Source: Balanoglossus misakiensis
Lineage: Eukaryota; Animalia; Hemichordata
NCBI GenBank assembly: GCA_040954595.2
Contig: CM082587.2
Location: 12,054,153 to 12,118,152 of the forward strand
DNA: 64,000 bases
Reading direction: 5' to 3'
A model generated the notes under the pieces. The model was given only the letters and a program-made list of their open reading frames with translations, had not been told where the DNA came from and did not search any database. The translations under genes were made by a program, and so were the position numbers. Of this stretch, positions 24,847 through 38,302 are shown piece after piece. The first letter of the stretch is position 1. Each line of letters starts with the position of its first letter.

Positions 24847-27800
24847 TACTAAAATCATGGTTGACAGATCTATCTAAAAAAATACTGGTACAGGTTTGAG
24901 TGCACCTGTGAGAAAAGCCCGTACATTTACGGAGAAAAAAATCCAATGATACTGTTCATAATGATGTAGTATTTAAACCACCTCTACTGAGACAACATCA
25001 ACCACGGTCATCAATTTCGCTGTCAGATTTTGACATTAAACAAGAAGAAGCCATTGCTTGGTCAGAACTGTTTTCTGACAATTCATTTTTGCTCTACAGA
25101 AAAATGCAATGCACAGAGCTGATATAGAAACAGTTTTTGGGGATTTTAAATCAACATTAGCAACAAATGCTAACAGTAATGAAAGTGAATGCTCAAATGT
25201 CATTTATTTGGGCATATCAAGTGAACACGCAGACACCATTGAAACTTTCCATAACATTATCAATAAGCTGTATATGTTACATTCAGAGTTGGTGTAAGAA
25301 TAAAATACCTGGTTGTGGTTGGTGATGGGAAAACTTTCCATCACCTGATAAAATTAAAAGACATGTATGGTGCAAATTTAGACTGGTTGCAGCCTTTTAT
25401 CAGAGACTGGTACACTCTAAAAAATTACCAACCAGTCATCATGAAAATATTCTGGGATGCTGGCCTAAAACATCTGGCAGGGTTCAATCATAAAGGGGGA
25501 ACTTTGGAAACCCTAGTACAGTGTACAAATTTCAAGCTAACTCATCGCTTCCTAACACAAATTTGGGAAAGTATGTTTAGATGTATTGTCAATTCCTTTT
25601 TGAATAAGAGGGGTGACACCCATAATACCCAGCACTGTCCCTTAAATACAGAAACAGTCCAAAAATGTTTACTAGAAGCTGTCACAAAATCTTTGGAATG
25701 TACTGAAGATAAAGCTGATCATATTGACAAAATTAATGGTGACCTTAAGGCTCAACTTACTCGCTTGCAAGAGGAATTTCAGATTTTTTGTGACAGAACA
25801 CAGTACGATATTTTACCCACAATTCTCCATGATTTGTATCATCGAAGGTTGCCCATTTAATAACTTTTTCTGTTTTAGATACTAACAATGATATGAAGTA
25901 CATATAAATCTATTTATGTTTATCTAGGAAAAGTACGTTGAGGAATTAGAGTGAAATTCCAAAATCAAAATTTAAAAGCAATAAGAATCAAAGTATTCAT
26001 GTACTGCAAATGATTTGAGTCGCTGATAAGAAATGTTTACCAATTTTTATAATCCCAAAAAGGGCGCCCTAATCATTGCACGTGTGCAAGCGACTTGTGG
26101 CTACACTGTTTGGGGATTGCATATTGCTATGGTTACAATCAGCTAAACACACATCCTGTCTATCCATTGCACACATTTTAAAATTTGTAATCAACCGCAC
26201 ACTTGTACTGAACACATGTTTGTTGAAATTGTATCTTAGAATTGTTCCAATTATAATTATGCATAATATAAACAAATTAACAAATGTGAAAACTTATCTT
26301 TGAAAATGTGTTTGCAAGGGTGAAGAAGTAATCTGTATTTTAAAAATCAGACAAAGTTTTGCTGACAGGGTACACAAGTTTCAGGGGATTTTGGAGAGAG
26401 TGTTAAAATTCCTAGGAAGAGATTGCCATGGATATTGAGGACTTTGGTGTAAACACAATTAATTGATCAAGAAATATGTGGTTAAGAATATGTGTCATCA
26501 ACCTCACACGACACTATAAGACTGTCTGATATATTCATGTACAAGTATTTTCACTACTTATTTGCATAATTCAATGAAATTAACATAAATTATCAACCTA
26601 TAGCTAAGTAAATTACCTCTGCAAAGAATAAATATACACTTAGAAAATTCATATAGTTTTCATCTCATTACAAAATGCTTCTCTGAGGGGACAGTAATTT
26701 TTAACGGGTATATTCTTGATAACTCATCACCGTGAATGATCATTTCAAAACTTAACAAGGCATATGGCTAAAGAGGATTCAGTGTTTGTGCACCTTCTAT
26801 CCACAATGCTGGATCTATTGACAGTTTTCAAAGGGGTTTTTAAGACTCGTCCTTTTATTCAGCACTATTTCATTCCATTGCTTTTTTGGTTTATAGGGAT
26901 TGTCTTTCAGAACTGTTTCTGTTTGTTTGGGGTTTTTAAGTGTAATTTTTATCCTTTAAGCTTTCACTTGTTTTCTAATTTTATTATTTTCTGTAGAAAA
27001 TGCACTGAGATGTATGTGTATTACTTTTGTTAGGAAATAAATAATAATAAATTTATTAATAATAACTACCTTTGATTTCAGATTTCAGATTTTTCTCAAT
27101 GAATATATGGAGAGAGCAGATCTTTGTGGAGGCCAGTGTGTGAATACAGCAGGCTCTTTTTATTGCACTTGTGCTGTGGAATATTGATTGGTCAATGGAG
27201 AGTGTACAGGTAAGATCAACACAATATAGAAATAATGCACAACGCCCTGACCATTAACGTTTGTTTTTGGGCAAGGGCGAGGGGAAAGCCCAAAATTCAT
27301 GGGCAAGGCTTCTGAGCCCATGAAATTTGGCTTTCCTAGAGCCCGAGCCCTACATTTATTTCCATTACATTACCAACAATCTCAAGAAAACCATCAATAT
27401 TTATGAAAATGTCCCACACACAAGACTAGGGGCCCCAGAACTTGTGTTATGCAAAATGTTGTGTTCACTGAACTATTTGCTAATATTACTATTCAGATTT
27501 ACGGGCATGTAAACAAACCATTACTGGGTATTTGTGGTCAGTGATGTCGTTCATCTTGCCCAATTAAAATGCGACGCACAGACCATGGTAATATAATATG
27601 TGGGCAACGAAAGGTCCTATATCTGTAACTTTTGAATTTTTATTCAGTATTATGCTTGTTATCAACCATCATTTCTTGTTCAGCTCGGTGAAGCAGGGTA
27701 AGCAATGTTGTTATTGTTTAAAAATTGTATTCAAGCCTGGGTCTGGACTTGGATGCAATTTGTCAATAATAACAGTGATTGGTAACTGCATGTTTTCATA

Positions 27801-30800
27801 ACTGGCTATCTGTTAAAGAGACCATTTGCTGTGTGTACAGTACACATGCCATTGGCAGCTTATGGGTCAGCCAGTGTTTGCCTGTTAATCTCTCGTTGTG
27901 TATGTGTGTCTGTACAGTCAGATCGCATGGTACTCATTAACATATGTTAATGAGGGAAAGTACTTCATACCATGTAGCCGTTACCGTGGGCCCCGCTGAA
28001 GGGTCGCGAAATAGGCCATTTTTTTACGCGACATTATAGACCTGATTTCAGGCGAACAGGACTGTGTACAAAATTGAGTATAGACAACTCAGGTTTTAAA
28101 GGATTTTCATCATTTCCACTGTGTCAATGTCAGTACATCCTTGCTATGAGAAAAAGCCATCCCTTGTGTACTTCGTGCTTATCGCGGGCAAACAATTTGT
28201 TTAAAATCCCTGATTTTGATATGGTGCAAACATTTCACCAACAAACTAACACACCATTTGCCCTTACTCAAGACAGCCTGATTTGTTTGAAATGATATAA
28301 AACATTTGTTGCTTTAGCGGAAAAAGCAAGGTGTAGTATTCAACAAGGCCTAATTATGTCGAGTGATATAGCACTTGCTGAAGAAATTAAAAAATATGTC
28401 ACAATGCTACAAAAAGGCTGCAGCTGTGACACCGACTTGGTGAATTTTGCATGCTGGAAAACTGCTGTCTTTTTAGGAGAAGTGCTCCTCAGAAAACACG
28501 CCATTCTATTGTTTGACGTCAGGCAATATTTCAATGATTGTTTAGATGATGAATATCAGACTTTGCGACCCAAGGTCAAGGTACAACCAGTGGAATTCCA
28601 CAGAAAACCTAATAGCTGGCTTATTCGGGAATTTCTATGTGTGTATTATCCAATTCACTTTTCTGTTGTATCAAAAGTGAATAGAAAGTTCTCCACCTTT
28701 TTGTACCGAACGGGTTCAGATCTCACTATTCCCTCCAAAATGCACTTGTCGAACATCCCCAGTATGTTGTGCAAGCTGAGAAACAGATAGAGAGGCTTGA
28801 AAAGCAAGTATGAGACTTGAGTAAAGTTGACGTTGACTTTTTCAAAATGCTTGATTTGGTGGCTGTGAAATTAAATGTCAGCATTTATCAGCAATCTTAA
28901 AAATTCAGTAATTACTGCAAAACAAACACAGTTGATCTGAGTACACTTGATGTTGAATATATTGTCAGTGAGATTGACCCTGTGTTATGGAATACTATTT
29001 TTATATATAATCCCATGATATTTTTCTTTGTTTGACGTCATCGTATACGAGTGTTTTCGCAGAGCCGTGCAACTTCGAGCTGTAGGCAAGAAGTTGCTAG
29101 ACTCCGCGAAAACCACGAGTATACGATGACGTTAAATAAAGAAAAATATCATGGGATTATATATTTATCACATGAACAGTCTTCTTATTTTTCGTTAGAA
29201 GAGGTAGGATACAATATTCCAATATCCCGCTAAAATATTCGAGCGGCCTTGTAGTTTATTTAGCGGGATTACGTTCTTTCCCCTGTGCAACGATCTGTGG
29301 CCCCAACGAGATATGCTAATTATGGAATCACTTTCATTCATAAAGTGAAATCGACTTTCAAGTTTTTACACTTTTGCGTCTTGTCTACCAATCAGATTCG
29401 CGGAGTCAGTCACATGGGCCAGAATTTTGATACATTCTGCCTGTCAATCATTGTCTCGCGCTGTGTACATGTCAACACAACGTCCTAGCAATTCGTTGAA
29501 CAACAGTGAATGCAGTAAATTAAAAAGCCCCAACTTTGAATGCAATAAACACTACTATGGATTTTATGACCAGCACTCTATGGAGAGTAGAGCACGATTC
29601 CTCAGGCGTTTGTTTTGTGTGTATGATATTGTTCACTTGTTCTGATCATTGTACTTACCCATTGTATACTTACCTGGCTGACATTGGTGAAGGTTATAGT
29701 AGGTCATCTACTCTAGTGAAAATTCTAAATTGATTTGGTATTATTTGTTCTGGAGATACATTGCATAGATACATGTTGGGAGTTATCAACAAAAGAACAT
29801 CAGCTGATTTCACAGAGGAAAATATTGCAAATAATGCATTTTGTATAACTTCCATTGACAATATTGATAAATCAGCTAAATATGCAGCTGTTAGAGCTGA
29901 TCCAAAGGACAGAGGTTTCCACGGTACTTCTTATCAAATGGTCCAACCAAAACCAAAGTCAATTTTGAACAGTGTTGATGATATTGTTTTTGGCAGTCAT
30001 GACAAACATTCAACTGTCAAAGATTTTAAGCTAATCAACATATATGGTGATGGAAGGTGCTTTTTCAGGAGCATCTCTGTGAGAAATGATATTGCATTGC
30101 AAAATTGCGATCATTTACCTAGTGGACTCCCTTCTGACCCAATTTTAGCTGACCGAGAGAAAATATTCGCAGACAAGTTAAGAGCAGATACAGTAGACAT
30201 AATGCGTGCCAATCATATATACTTTGAAGGAATGGATGATGCACAACTTGATGTCCTGTTAGACGGCACTCGTTATATGGACATTTTGCACAGAACACAA
30301 TGTATGGAAAAGGCAGATGAATATGCTGGTATGCCAGAAATGATATCTGTAGTGTATGTTGCAAAATGTCCATTACATATATACACCAAGCAGAATGATA
30401 TATTTGCAAGAGGTGATGGTGATGTGTTCTCCAAGACTGAGCCTGTCTGTCTCTTGTACACACCAGACAGGCCAGGTCAACCAAGCCATTATGATTTGCT
30501 TCTTAACAGGCAGTTAATTAAAAGTAAAGATAGTCTGGTGAGTGAAAATGCACGGAATTCATTTGAACGGTGGCAGGAATTAAACAGTGGCTTTTGTTCA
30601 CAAAATACAGTAGACTATGAAATGAATGAAATTTTTGGCAATTTGTGGAAATAATACTAAAATCATGGTTGACAGATCTATCTAAAAAAATACTGGTACA
30701 GGTTTGAGTGCACCTGTGAGAAAAGCCCGTACATTTACGGAGAAAAAAATCCAATGATACTGTTCATAATGATGTAGTATTTAAACCACCTCTACTGAGA

Positions 30801-31606
30801 CAACATCAACCACGGTCATCAATTTCGCTGTCAGATTTTGACATTAAACAAGAAGAAGCCATTGCTTGGTCAGAACTGTTTTCTGACAATTCATTTTTGC
30901 TCTACAGAAAAATGCAATGCACAGAGCTGATATAGAAACAGTTTTTGGGGATTTTAAATCAACATTAGCAACAAATGCTAACAGTAATGAAAGTGAATGC
31001 TCAAATGTCATTTATTTGGGCATATCAAGTGAACACGCAGACACCATTGAAACTTTCCATAACATTATCAATAAGCTGTATATGTTACATTCAGAGTTGG
31101 TGTAAGAATAAAATACCTGGTTGTGGTTGGTGATGGGAAAACTTTCCATCACCTGATAAAATTAAAAGACATGTATGGTGCAAATTTAGACTGGTTGCAG
31201 CCTTTTATCAGAGACTGGTACACTCTAAAAAATTACCAACCAGTCATCATGAAAATATTCTGGGATGCTGGCCTAAAACATCTGGCAGGGTTCAATCATA
31301 AAGGGGGAACTTTGGAAACCCTAGTACAGTGTACAAATTTCAAGCTAACTCATCGCTTCCTAACACAAATTTGGGAAAGTATGTTTAGATGTATTGTCAA
31401 TTCCTTTTTGAATAAGAGGGGTGACACCCATAATACCCAGCACTGTCCCTTAAATACAGAAACAGTCCAAAAATGTTTACTAGAAGCTGTCACAAAATCT
31501 TTGGAATGTACTGAAGATAAAGCTGATCATATTGACAAAATTAATGGTGACCTTAAGGCTCAACTTACTCGCTTGCAAGAGGAATTTCAGATTTTTTGTG
31601 ACAGAA

Positions 31607-32238
31607 CACAGTACGATATTTTACCCACAATTCTCCATGATTTGTATCATCGAAGGTTGCCCATTTAATAACTTTTTCTGTTTTAGATACTAACAATGAT
31701 ATGAAGTACATATAAATCTATTTATGTTTATCTAGGAAAAGTACGTTGAGGAATTAGAGTGAAATTCCAAAATCAAAATTTAAAAGCAATAAGAATCAAA
31801 GTATTCATGTACTGCAAATGCCACACTTTGGAGGAAACAAGCAATGAGGAAACAAGCAATGATTGACTGAGGTGGCCAGTCTCTGTTGAAAGTTAACATG
31901 TAAATTTCAATTGTTCTGTCAAAAGAAAATATCAATATCATTTTGTTTGATTAAACAGGTGTTTCAAGTGTCCCTGTTTTACTCCAAACTTTTTGGTATG
32001 GCTGGCTATGCAATTGCTTGATTATTTTATAAAATTCGTATCTTCTCTCTCAATAATACATAATTTTCTAAATCATTTGAAATGGTAATTGACAATAAGA
32101 TTCACCTTAAAAGTAAGATCTCAAAATTTCTATTAGTGGTCTACAATTCTCTCTACACATGTGAACTTTGCCTGGTTTGACTGAGTAATCTCTGATTGTA
32201 CAAATCAGAATGAATTATGGGATATTTCACGTACTGTG
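31607..32238. mobile_element. CAC...GTG element with a 5-bp TSD (Transib/RAG-like); copies at 55,938-56,561 and truncated at 25,799-26,012
   Basis: CAGAA-[CACAGTACG ... CGTACTGTG]-CAGAA. Removing it restores the host frame FCDRRANTDKTF. Confidence 0.8.
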
Positions 32239-32830
32239 CAGAAGGGCAAATACAGACAAAACTTTCAAATTTTGGGTTAGATTTATAGAGGAAGATTTGT
32301 TTGCATACATGTCTTTGTACATTGCAATAAGGTCAGGAAATTGGAACCTTCGAATATCGGCTTTGAAAAAAATAAACCCACTGTTCCATGCATATGACCG
32401 ATCCCTGTACTTGAGGTTAATTCCAAGAAATCTTGCTGACCTTCTGAAGATGCCAAACTCTCTGTTGTTACATTTCAAAGCAGGTGGTTTTGTTTGCAAT
32501 TTGTCAGGCTCAACTTGGGTTAATGTAGCACTAGATGAAGCCCATGAAATGTGCGTCAATAAAGATGTTAAAGCTGCATTGCATACTTCTACAGGTGGGT
32601 TAATGGAGAGAATAGCAATTTATTTACCCTATAGAGCTATGGCTGCCAAGAATCTAAAAGATCAGTTATTTCCTTTCCAAAATGAAACCCATAATTCAGT
32701 TAGTGTACATAAAATACTTGAGTCAAACTGCAGGTTGTATATCAATTGTCTTGAAAGTGCTGATGTATTTTCACCACATAATACCGCCAGGGAGCTAACT
32801 AATATATTTTCAGATGACACAGCAAAGAAT

Positions 32831-33900
32831 AGCGTCAAGGACACTGTGGTCCCATTTGAGGATTATGCGGAAACAGTGACACACCCCAATACAAATTACA
32901 GGTGACATTGCAAGCAGATATGATCTTACAATATAGAAATATGGAATGTAAAAAAAATTAACAAGGAACATGCCCAATAAACTGTCATGTGTCATTACAG
33001 TCTTACAAGTAGTGCTAGAAAAAAAATTGACCAAAAATTGTCTGTACAAACACATATGAGAAGCAACTTCTTTCAGTCATCTCTGAAACAGACAGACAGA
33101 CAGACACACACACTGACCTGCCACTGGTAATAAACAATTTAATAGCCCATGGTCTCTCTAACAGCTGGCTTATTGAAGTTATGTAAACATGTCTAAGTTG
33201 GGGGTAACAACTCCTTGTAAACAGTAACTTTCAAAACAACTGGACAATTGGTTTAGGAGAAAAAACTCGCTAAATATTGAATATTTCTGATATCAGAATT
33301 GAATAAAAGTTGCACATATACATGTATGTGTTATGAAATTATATCCTAAATTTCAAAGCAATCAGAGAAAAAACAAATTTCAAAGCAATCAACAAGCAGT
33401 TTCACAAAAAAATATTTGTTCAAAAGTGGCAAAAACACAAAATTGTACAATACCTTACTTCAACCACTACAAGGAACATGCTGCCAAAGGTCAATGCAAT
33501 ATGACAAGCAGTTTCAGGAAAACAATTTTTGACAAAAATTGAAAAAGTTTCCCCTATAACACATTTATGAAAATATCACATTTTTTACAACATATTATTT
33601 GGGTTACACCTACGAACATGCCTACAAAATTGCAAAGCAATCTGGCATGCGGTTTTAAAGAAAAAAAAATTGACCAAAAATGGCAAATATTGCTCAAAAT
33701 TATAAATATGCAAATTTTGCAACAATTTGAACAAAACTATGGTTACTCAGACAACAATTGGGAAGCTTCATACTAAATTTAAAAGAAGTAAGCCCATCAC
33801 TTTCAGAAATGAAGACTTTTTACCAATAACATGGAAAAATACAAACAAATGCATAAAAATAGGAAATCAATAATATTAGCTCAAAACATACATTAATTGT
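32831..33900 (+). repeat. Interspersed repeat interrupting the Academ gene (copy at ~57,152-58,155)
   Basis: Starts AGCGTCAAGGACACTGTGGTCCCA and contains (CAGA)n(CA)n. The same start motif occurs inverted at ~35,543-35,565 and direct at ~36,686. Confidence 0.55.
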
Positions 33901-35664
33901 AGGCCAAGCAAGAGAAAACTAGTGAACTTCTTGTCAGCCACATCTTTACAAATAATTGTACCGGCTCTGCAAGGTGATCATGTCCTCATTACAGCAGGTG
34001 GCTTTGATGGGGAAAATAGGGACAAGAGTCTTTTCGTCGGTAGTAATGGAATTGTGTCTGAGTGGGAAGCCAAAAGTTGTCATGAAGAAGCTGACAGTAG
34101 ATGCATCCTTCATGCAGTTCAGTCCTCTTACAAGAAAGGTGTTATTTACTCCCCTGATACCGATACTTATCATGTTCTCCTCCCAGTACTATATCAACAT
34201 GTTCAAAAGGAGATATTTGTACAACTGGATAATGATTTATCCAATCTCACTTATTTAGACATGAATCAATTCAAATCAGATTTAAATTTAGACCCTTATT
34301 TGCAACATATTCCCCTCCAATATGTAGGCAAAATATTTCAAACAGTGTTCATATGCACAGGTTGTGACTATACTTTGCAGGCATCGGAAAGATATCTTTC
34401 TACAAGACATTTTTTCAATACCCTGAATTTATAACTAGTGGCACCCTTATACCTGGAACACTGATAGACACAACAGTAGACAGTGTAGGGAATGGAATTT
34501 TCGCTTTCATACGTTTAAAAGGTAGTGTTTATGTTAAGAAACATTTCCAAGCATTTGATGCATCTCATCCTTTTGAACTTTATCAACAAGTAGCCAGTGT
34601 CACTAACAGTCTTAAAGATAACCACATCAAATGGCTTACATATATACGAGAAACAATTTGGCCACGTATCCAGTATGAGGAAGAATGTATCCCTTCCTTT
34701 GAAGCCCTACAACTGCACTGGAAAAGATCATGCTGGGTCTCTCAGTTATGGTCCCAGGCCGATCAGTGCCATGTTACGTTTCCCTTATTCAATAATTATG
34801 GATACAGACTAAGCAACGGCGAACTTGATATTATTTGGGACAGTGATGCCAATTTAGAAAAAGTGAAAAATAATTTGGAGTTGCTAACAAAAGGGTGTGG
34901 CTGCAAAAAGATGCCAACTTGTAATAGCAGATGTTGTAAATGTTTATAAGACCCACAATGGTTGTGGCCCTGCGTGTCAATGCAATGACTGCAGTAATCC
35001 ACATAATGGGAACCCTGGATTCTGTACCACATCGAAAAAGTATGGGGTATGCCCAAAATATACAGATAAGTCACCACTATTAGAATCACCATCACCAATC
35101 ACTGATACTGAACATCATAATATGGAAAATAGCATTTCGAATTAATTTCTTTTCACGGATGTCGGGACCGATATTAGACCTCTCTGTCAGGAAAGTTTGG
35201 TTAACTTCCGAGGTCGTTTTCAAATGATTTTTGACACGTTTGTGGACGTCTCTTTCGGGGTCACCAACATACCACTGAAAACACGTTAAAAACTTCTACT
35301 ATTACCGACAGATTTTCATAAAATTTACGTCTGCAGTGAAAAATGGGAATCACTTTCGTAATTTATCCAGCTAACATGGTATTTTATTGCACAACAGAGC
35401 ATAAAAATCAAGTTGAAAATCACCTTGAAAATTGGCCTATTGCAGTCTGTTTGAAAGTTAACGGTCGCTCGCTTGATAAACTTTCATATGCAAATGAGCA
35501 CCGTGCGATCTGACTGTGTATATGTACTCCGTGTAGACTGAATGGGACCACTGTGTCCTTGATGCAATTTTTTACACTTATCAGGTATATGTTGACTAAC
35601 ACAAGCAAAAATTTCACCAACTCATCTGAGAAATCTTATCCCAGGTCCTAAGGTTGTGAGATTA

Positions 35665-36068
35665 ATAGAATCTTACACTCCCAAGGACTAGGGGTCATAA
35701 TTCTGACATGAGTTGGGGATTTTCTGTCCCACACGAGCCGCAGGCGAATGTGGGACAAAACATCCCTGACAAGTGTGGGAAATATGATCCTAGGTCCTTT
35801 GTGTATGAGATTATATTTCTCACACGGGCACAAATTAGCCAAATTCGTCTTAAAACATTGAATAAATGACTCTTGAGTTGTCATCTGGCATGTTGTAGTT
35901 TCTTTATCCTGTCATTGGATAACATTTAGCGCACGTTATTGAAAAACGCTTTGTCATCCAATCAGCGCTCGCGTCATATACAGCTTTCGATTCAGTGAGT
36001 GTGTGGGATTGATTTGTTCTTACACTCTGATCCCACACTCTCAGCATGCCAGGAGTGTGAGAATCTAT
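35665..36068 (+). mobile_element. Hairpin-type element (copy at ~61,492-61,893)
   Basis: Hairpin centred on ACACGAGCCGCAGGCGAATGT, plus the IR TTCTCACAC / GTGTGAGAA. Confidence 0.6.
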
Positions 36069-36393
36069 ATAATTAAGATCTACGAGTTTGAAATTTTAGG
36101 TGAAGAGTTTATCAATTTCTTTGCCAACCCTGTAGGGCATTCTGGGATATGTGTTCATGCCAAAGCACAAACAGTTATGACCTGACAGCTCAGTTTGTAC
36201 ATCATTTCTACAAATCCACAAAGAAACTGAACGTTTAGAAAAGTCAGGCCTGTTAGAAATATTAGAAATATCACTGTTAATACTTAATTTCAAAGCCATG
36301 TGAATTTGTTCAATTTAAGAAAATTTTTAAAGGAAGGGAGGATAGGTATTGACTTGAATAATTACAATGGATGTTTTTGTTTTCTGTTTTCAG

Positions 36394-36513
36394 ATGTGAA
36401 TGAGTGTTCAGATTCTGTTTGTGCTGGAGGTTGTCACAATGCAGAGGGTGGATTCAGCTGTAGTTGTGGTGATGATGGTTTTTCTCTGAGTGCAGATCAT
36501 GTCAATTGTTTAG
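36394..36513 (+). pseudogene. Calcium-binding EGF exon 3, frame open (copy B at 62,220-62,339)
   Basis: 120-bp phase-1/1 exon DVNECSDSVCAGGCHNAEGGFSCSCGDDGFSLSADHVNC with canonical splice sites. Confidence 0.85.
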
Positions 36514-37728
36514 GTAAGTTTTTTTTGAGTGGGGAGGGTATAGGCTAACAATGGCTTTGCATTTCCTGCCACAAAAGGGTGCTTACAGAAGTTGTAAGTT
36601 GCAGAGATTACAGTCAGTCACCATGTTAAAAAAGAAAATAATTTAAAGTTATCAGGCACTTTCCATAGTTAGAAATTAAAAATATAGCGTCAAGGACACT
36701 TGGTGCTCTCTCAGTGTGTAGTGGATGACGAGCAGAATGTTTGGAGAACAGTGCAAACACCACAGTGAAATGCTGAACTGATTTGCTCATGTAATATTGA
36801 ATGCAGCCTGATAAGGTGGGTGCTTGACAGGGGGAAAAACCACTTGTCCTGGGCTCTAATAACTGTTTTAAATTAAGTCTTAAAAATGGCCTGCACTCAC
36901 AAATGGCCTCACACAAATATATTGTCATTTCCCTCTCAGATTCTGTATCTTATGTTATACTGATGGAATTCATTGTGTATGTCATATCAAATTGCACCAG
37001 TGCAACTATGAGAAATGTGTTTTGAAAAAAACAGTGCAAGCAGAAGTACTAGTCTAAAAGTGAAAGAAATACATTTGGAAAAAAAAATATCAGACAGCAT
37101 TCAAGATCAGCTGAAGTGTTTTGATAAAATTTATCCATATTCAAGTATATACTGTCATGTGCTGACTATAGTAGTGTAGGTGGTAGCGAAAAAAATACAT
37201 GAATTGTTCAAACAGAAAGTACAATCATTTAGTTTCCCCAGTTTATGGGAGCATAGCAGTTGTGAACATAGTATATGAAATAAATTAAAATAGTCATTGC
37301 TCTCTGGTCCATCATTTTCGGTAGAAGTGACCTGATTTCACATCAATAGTTTCCCACCCGTCATTTCCAGCTAATTTCATGTAGAACAAAACTCCTATAC
37401 AACATAATACCATTTCTAGAACCTTTTTTGCTGGTTGGGCCCACAGACTAACACTAGTGGTTCTAAAAAGAAACTTCCATAACAACCTGTATGCTTGACG
37501 CATTCAAGTCAGGGCACACCTAACCCATTCAAAATATGCAAATTAGAAAAAGACGCATATGCATTATTTGTGTCCCCAGAGACACACACAGGAAATCAAG
37601 CGAGTGCGGCCACTAGCTGGAAGAGCTGAATTCAATGGATTGCTATACAATGTTCATGATACAGGGGGTGATGATCAATGAACAGAACAGCGGTCCACTT
37701 TCACGCATTGTAGTGCACTGATCATGGC

Positions 37729-38302
37729 TAGACTGTCGACAGTCCCTCGCGCCTAATGTGTATCGATTCGGCGTTTCGTGCGAGGGCCGAAGGCCCGATT
37801 CGGTGTTTCGTGGTGCGAGGGCCGTAAGGCCCGAGAGACTGTTATAGCTTGTAAGCCTTGCCTTGATATTAATTATGCGTGCAGAAAATGACGTAGTAAA
37901 ATTTGCATATGGGGGCGTAAATCAGCGGCGATACAACCAAAACTATCGATGACGGTTCCTCGGTAAATTCGCCGATCCTGTCCAAGAGAAAAGGTGCGAT
38001 TTCATACGCCAAAGACTTCCCAGTGCCCGTTGGCGACGCCACAAAAACATCTTTGCCGTTTATGAGTTTATGACGTATATTAACTGTCAATCATTTTACA
38101 GGGGCATTTTCCCACAGTGCCCGTGTGAGGGCGAAACAAGGTATAACAGTCCCTCGGGCCACGCCCACGCCCGAGGCCTTACGGCCATCGCACCACGAAA
38201 CGCCGAATCGGGCCTTCGGCCCTCAAAAGATACGGGCCTTACGGCCCTCGAACGAAACGCCGAGTCGATACACATTAGGCGCGAGGGACTGTCGACAGTC
38301 TA
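37729..38302 (-). mobile_element. AcademH-like non-autonomous element with a RecQ-like helicase fragment
   Basis: 38-bp perfect TIR TAGACTGTCGACAGTCCCTCGCGCCTAATGTGTATCGA. TSD ATCATGGC, with the empty site at ~63,550. Internal GKDVFVASPTGTGKSLAY...LVVSPL (SF2 motifs I and Ia). Confidence 0.85.

Larger units (their letters stand above)
20205..31820 (+). repeat. Tandem duplication, 2 x 5,808 bp (20,205-26,012 and 26,013-31,820)
   Basis: The ORFs recur at a constant 5,808 offset. Junction TGCAAATG|ATTTGAGTCG. Only a few substitutions were seen. Confidence 0.95.
22200..35135 (+). mobile_element. Decayed AcademX-type transposon coding region with an internal OTU domain, copy A (5' part duplicated)
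   Basis: Ordered motifs: Cys-rich N-terminus; SIDNID..FHGT; OTU; VVGDGKT..RDWY/H; FWVRFI..RSGNWNLR..FHAYDR; ALDEAHE; XPG-like HEEADSR..SPDTD..TGCD; WKRSCWV; CGC..C..C CXC region. Many stops, frameshifts and insertions. TIRs were not found. Confidence 0.75.

Noticed and set aside
37869-38090. Host RecQ helicase exon
   Set aside because: It is enclosed by TIRs and a TSD and is absent from the paralogous site.
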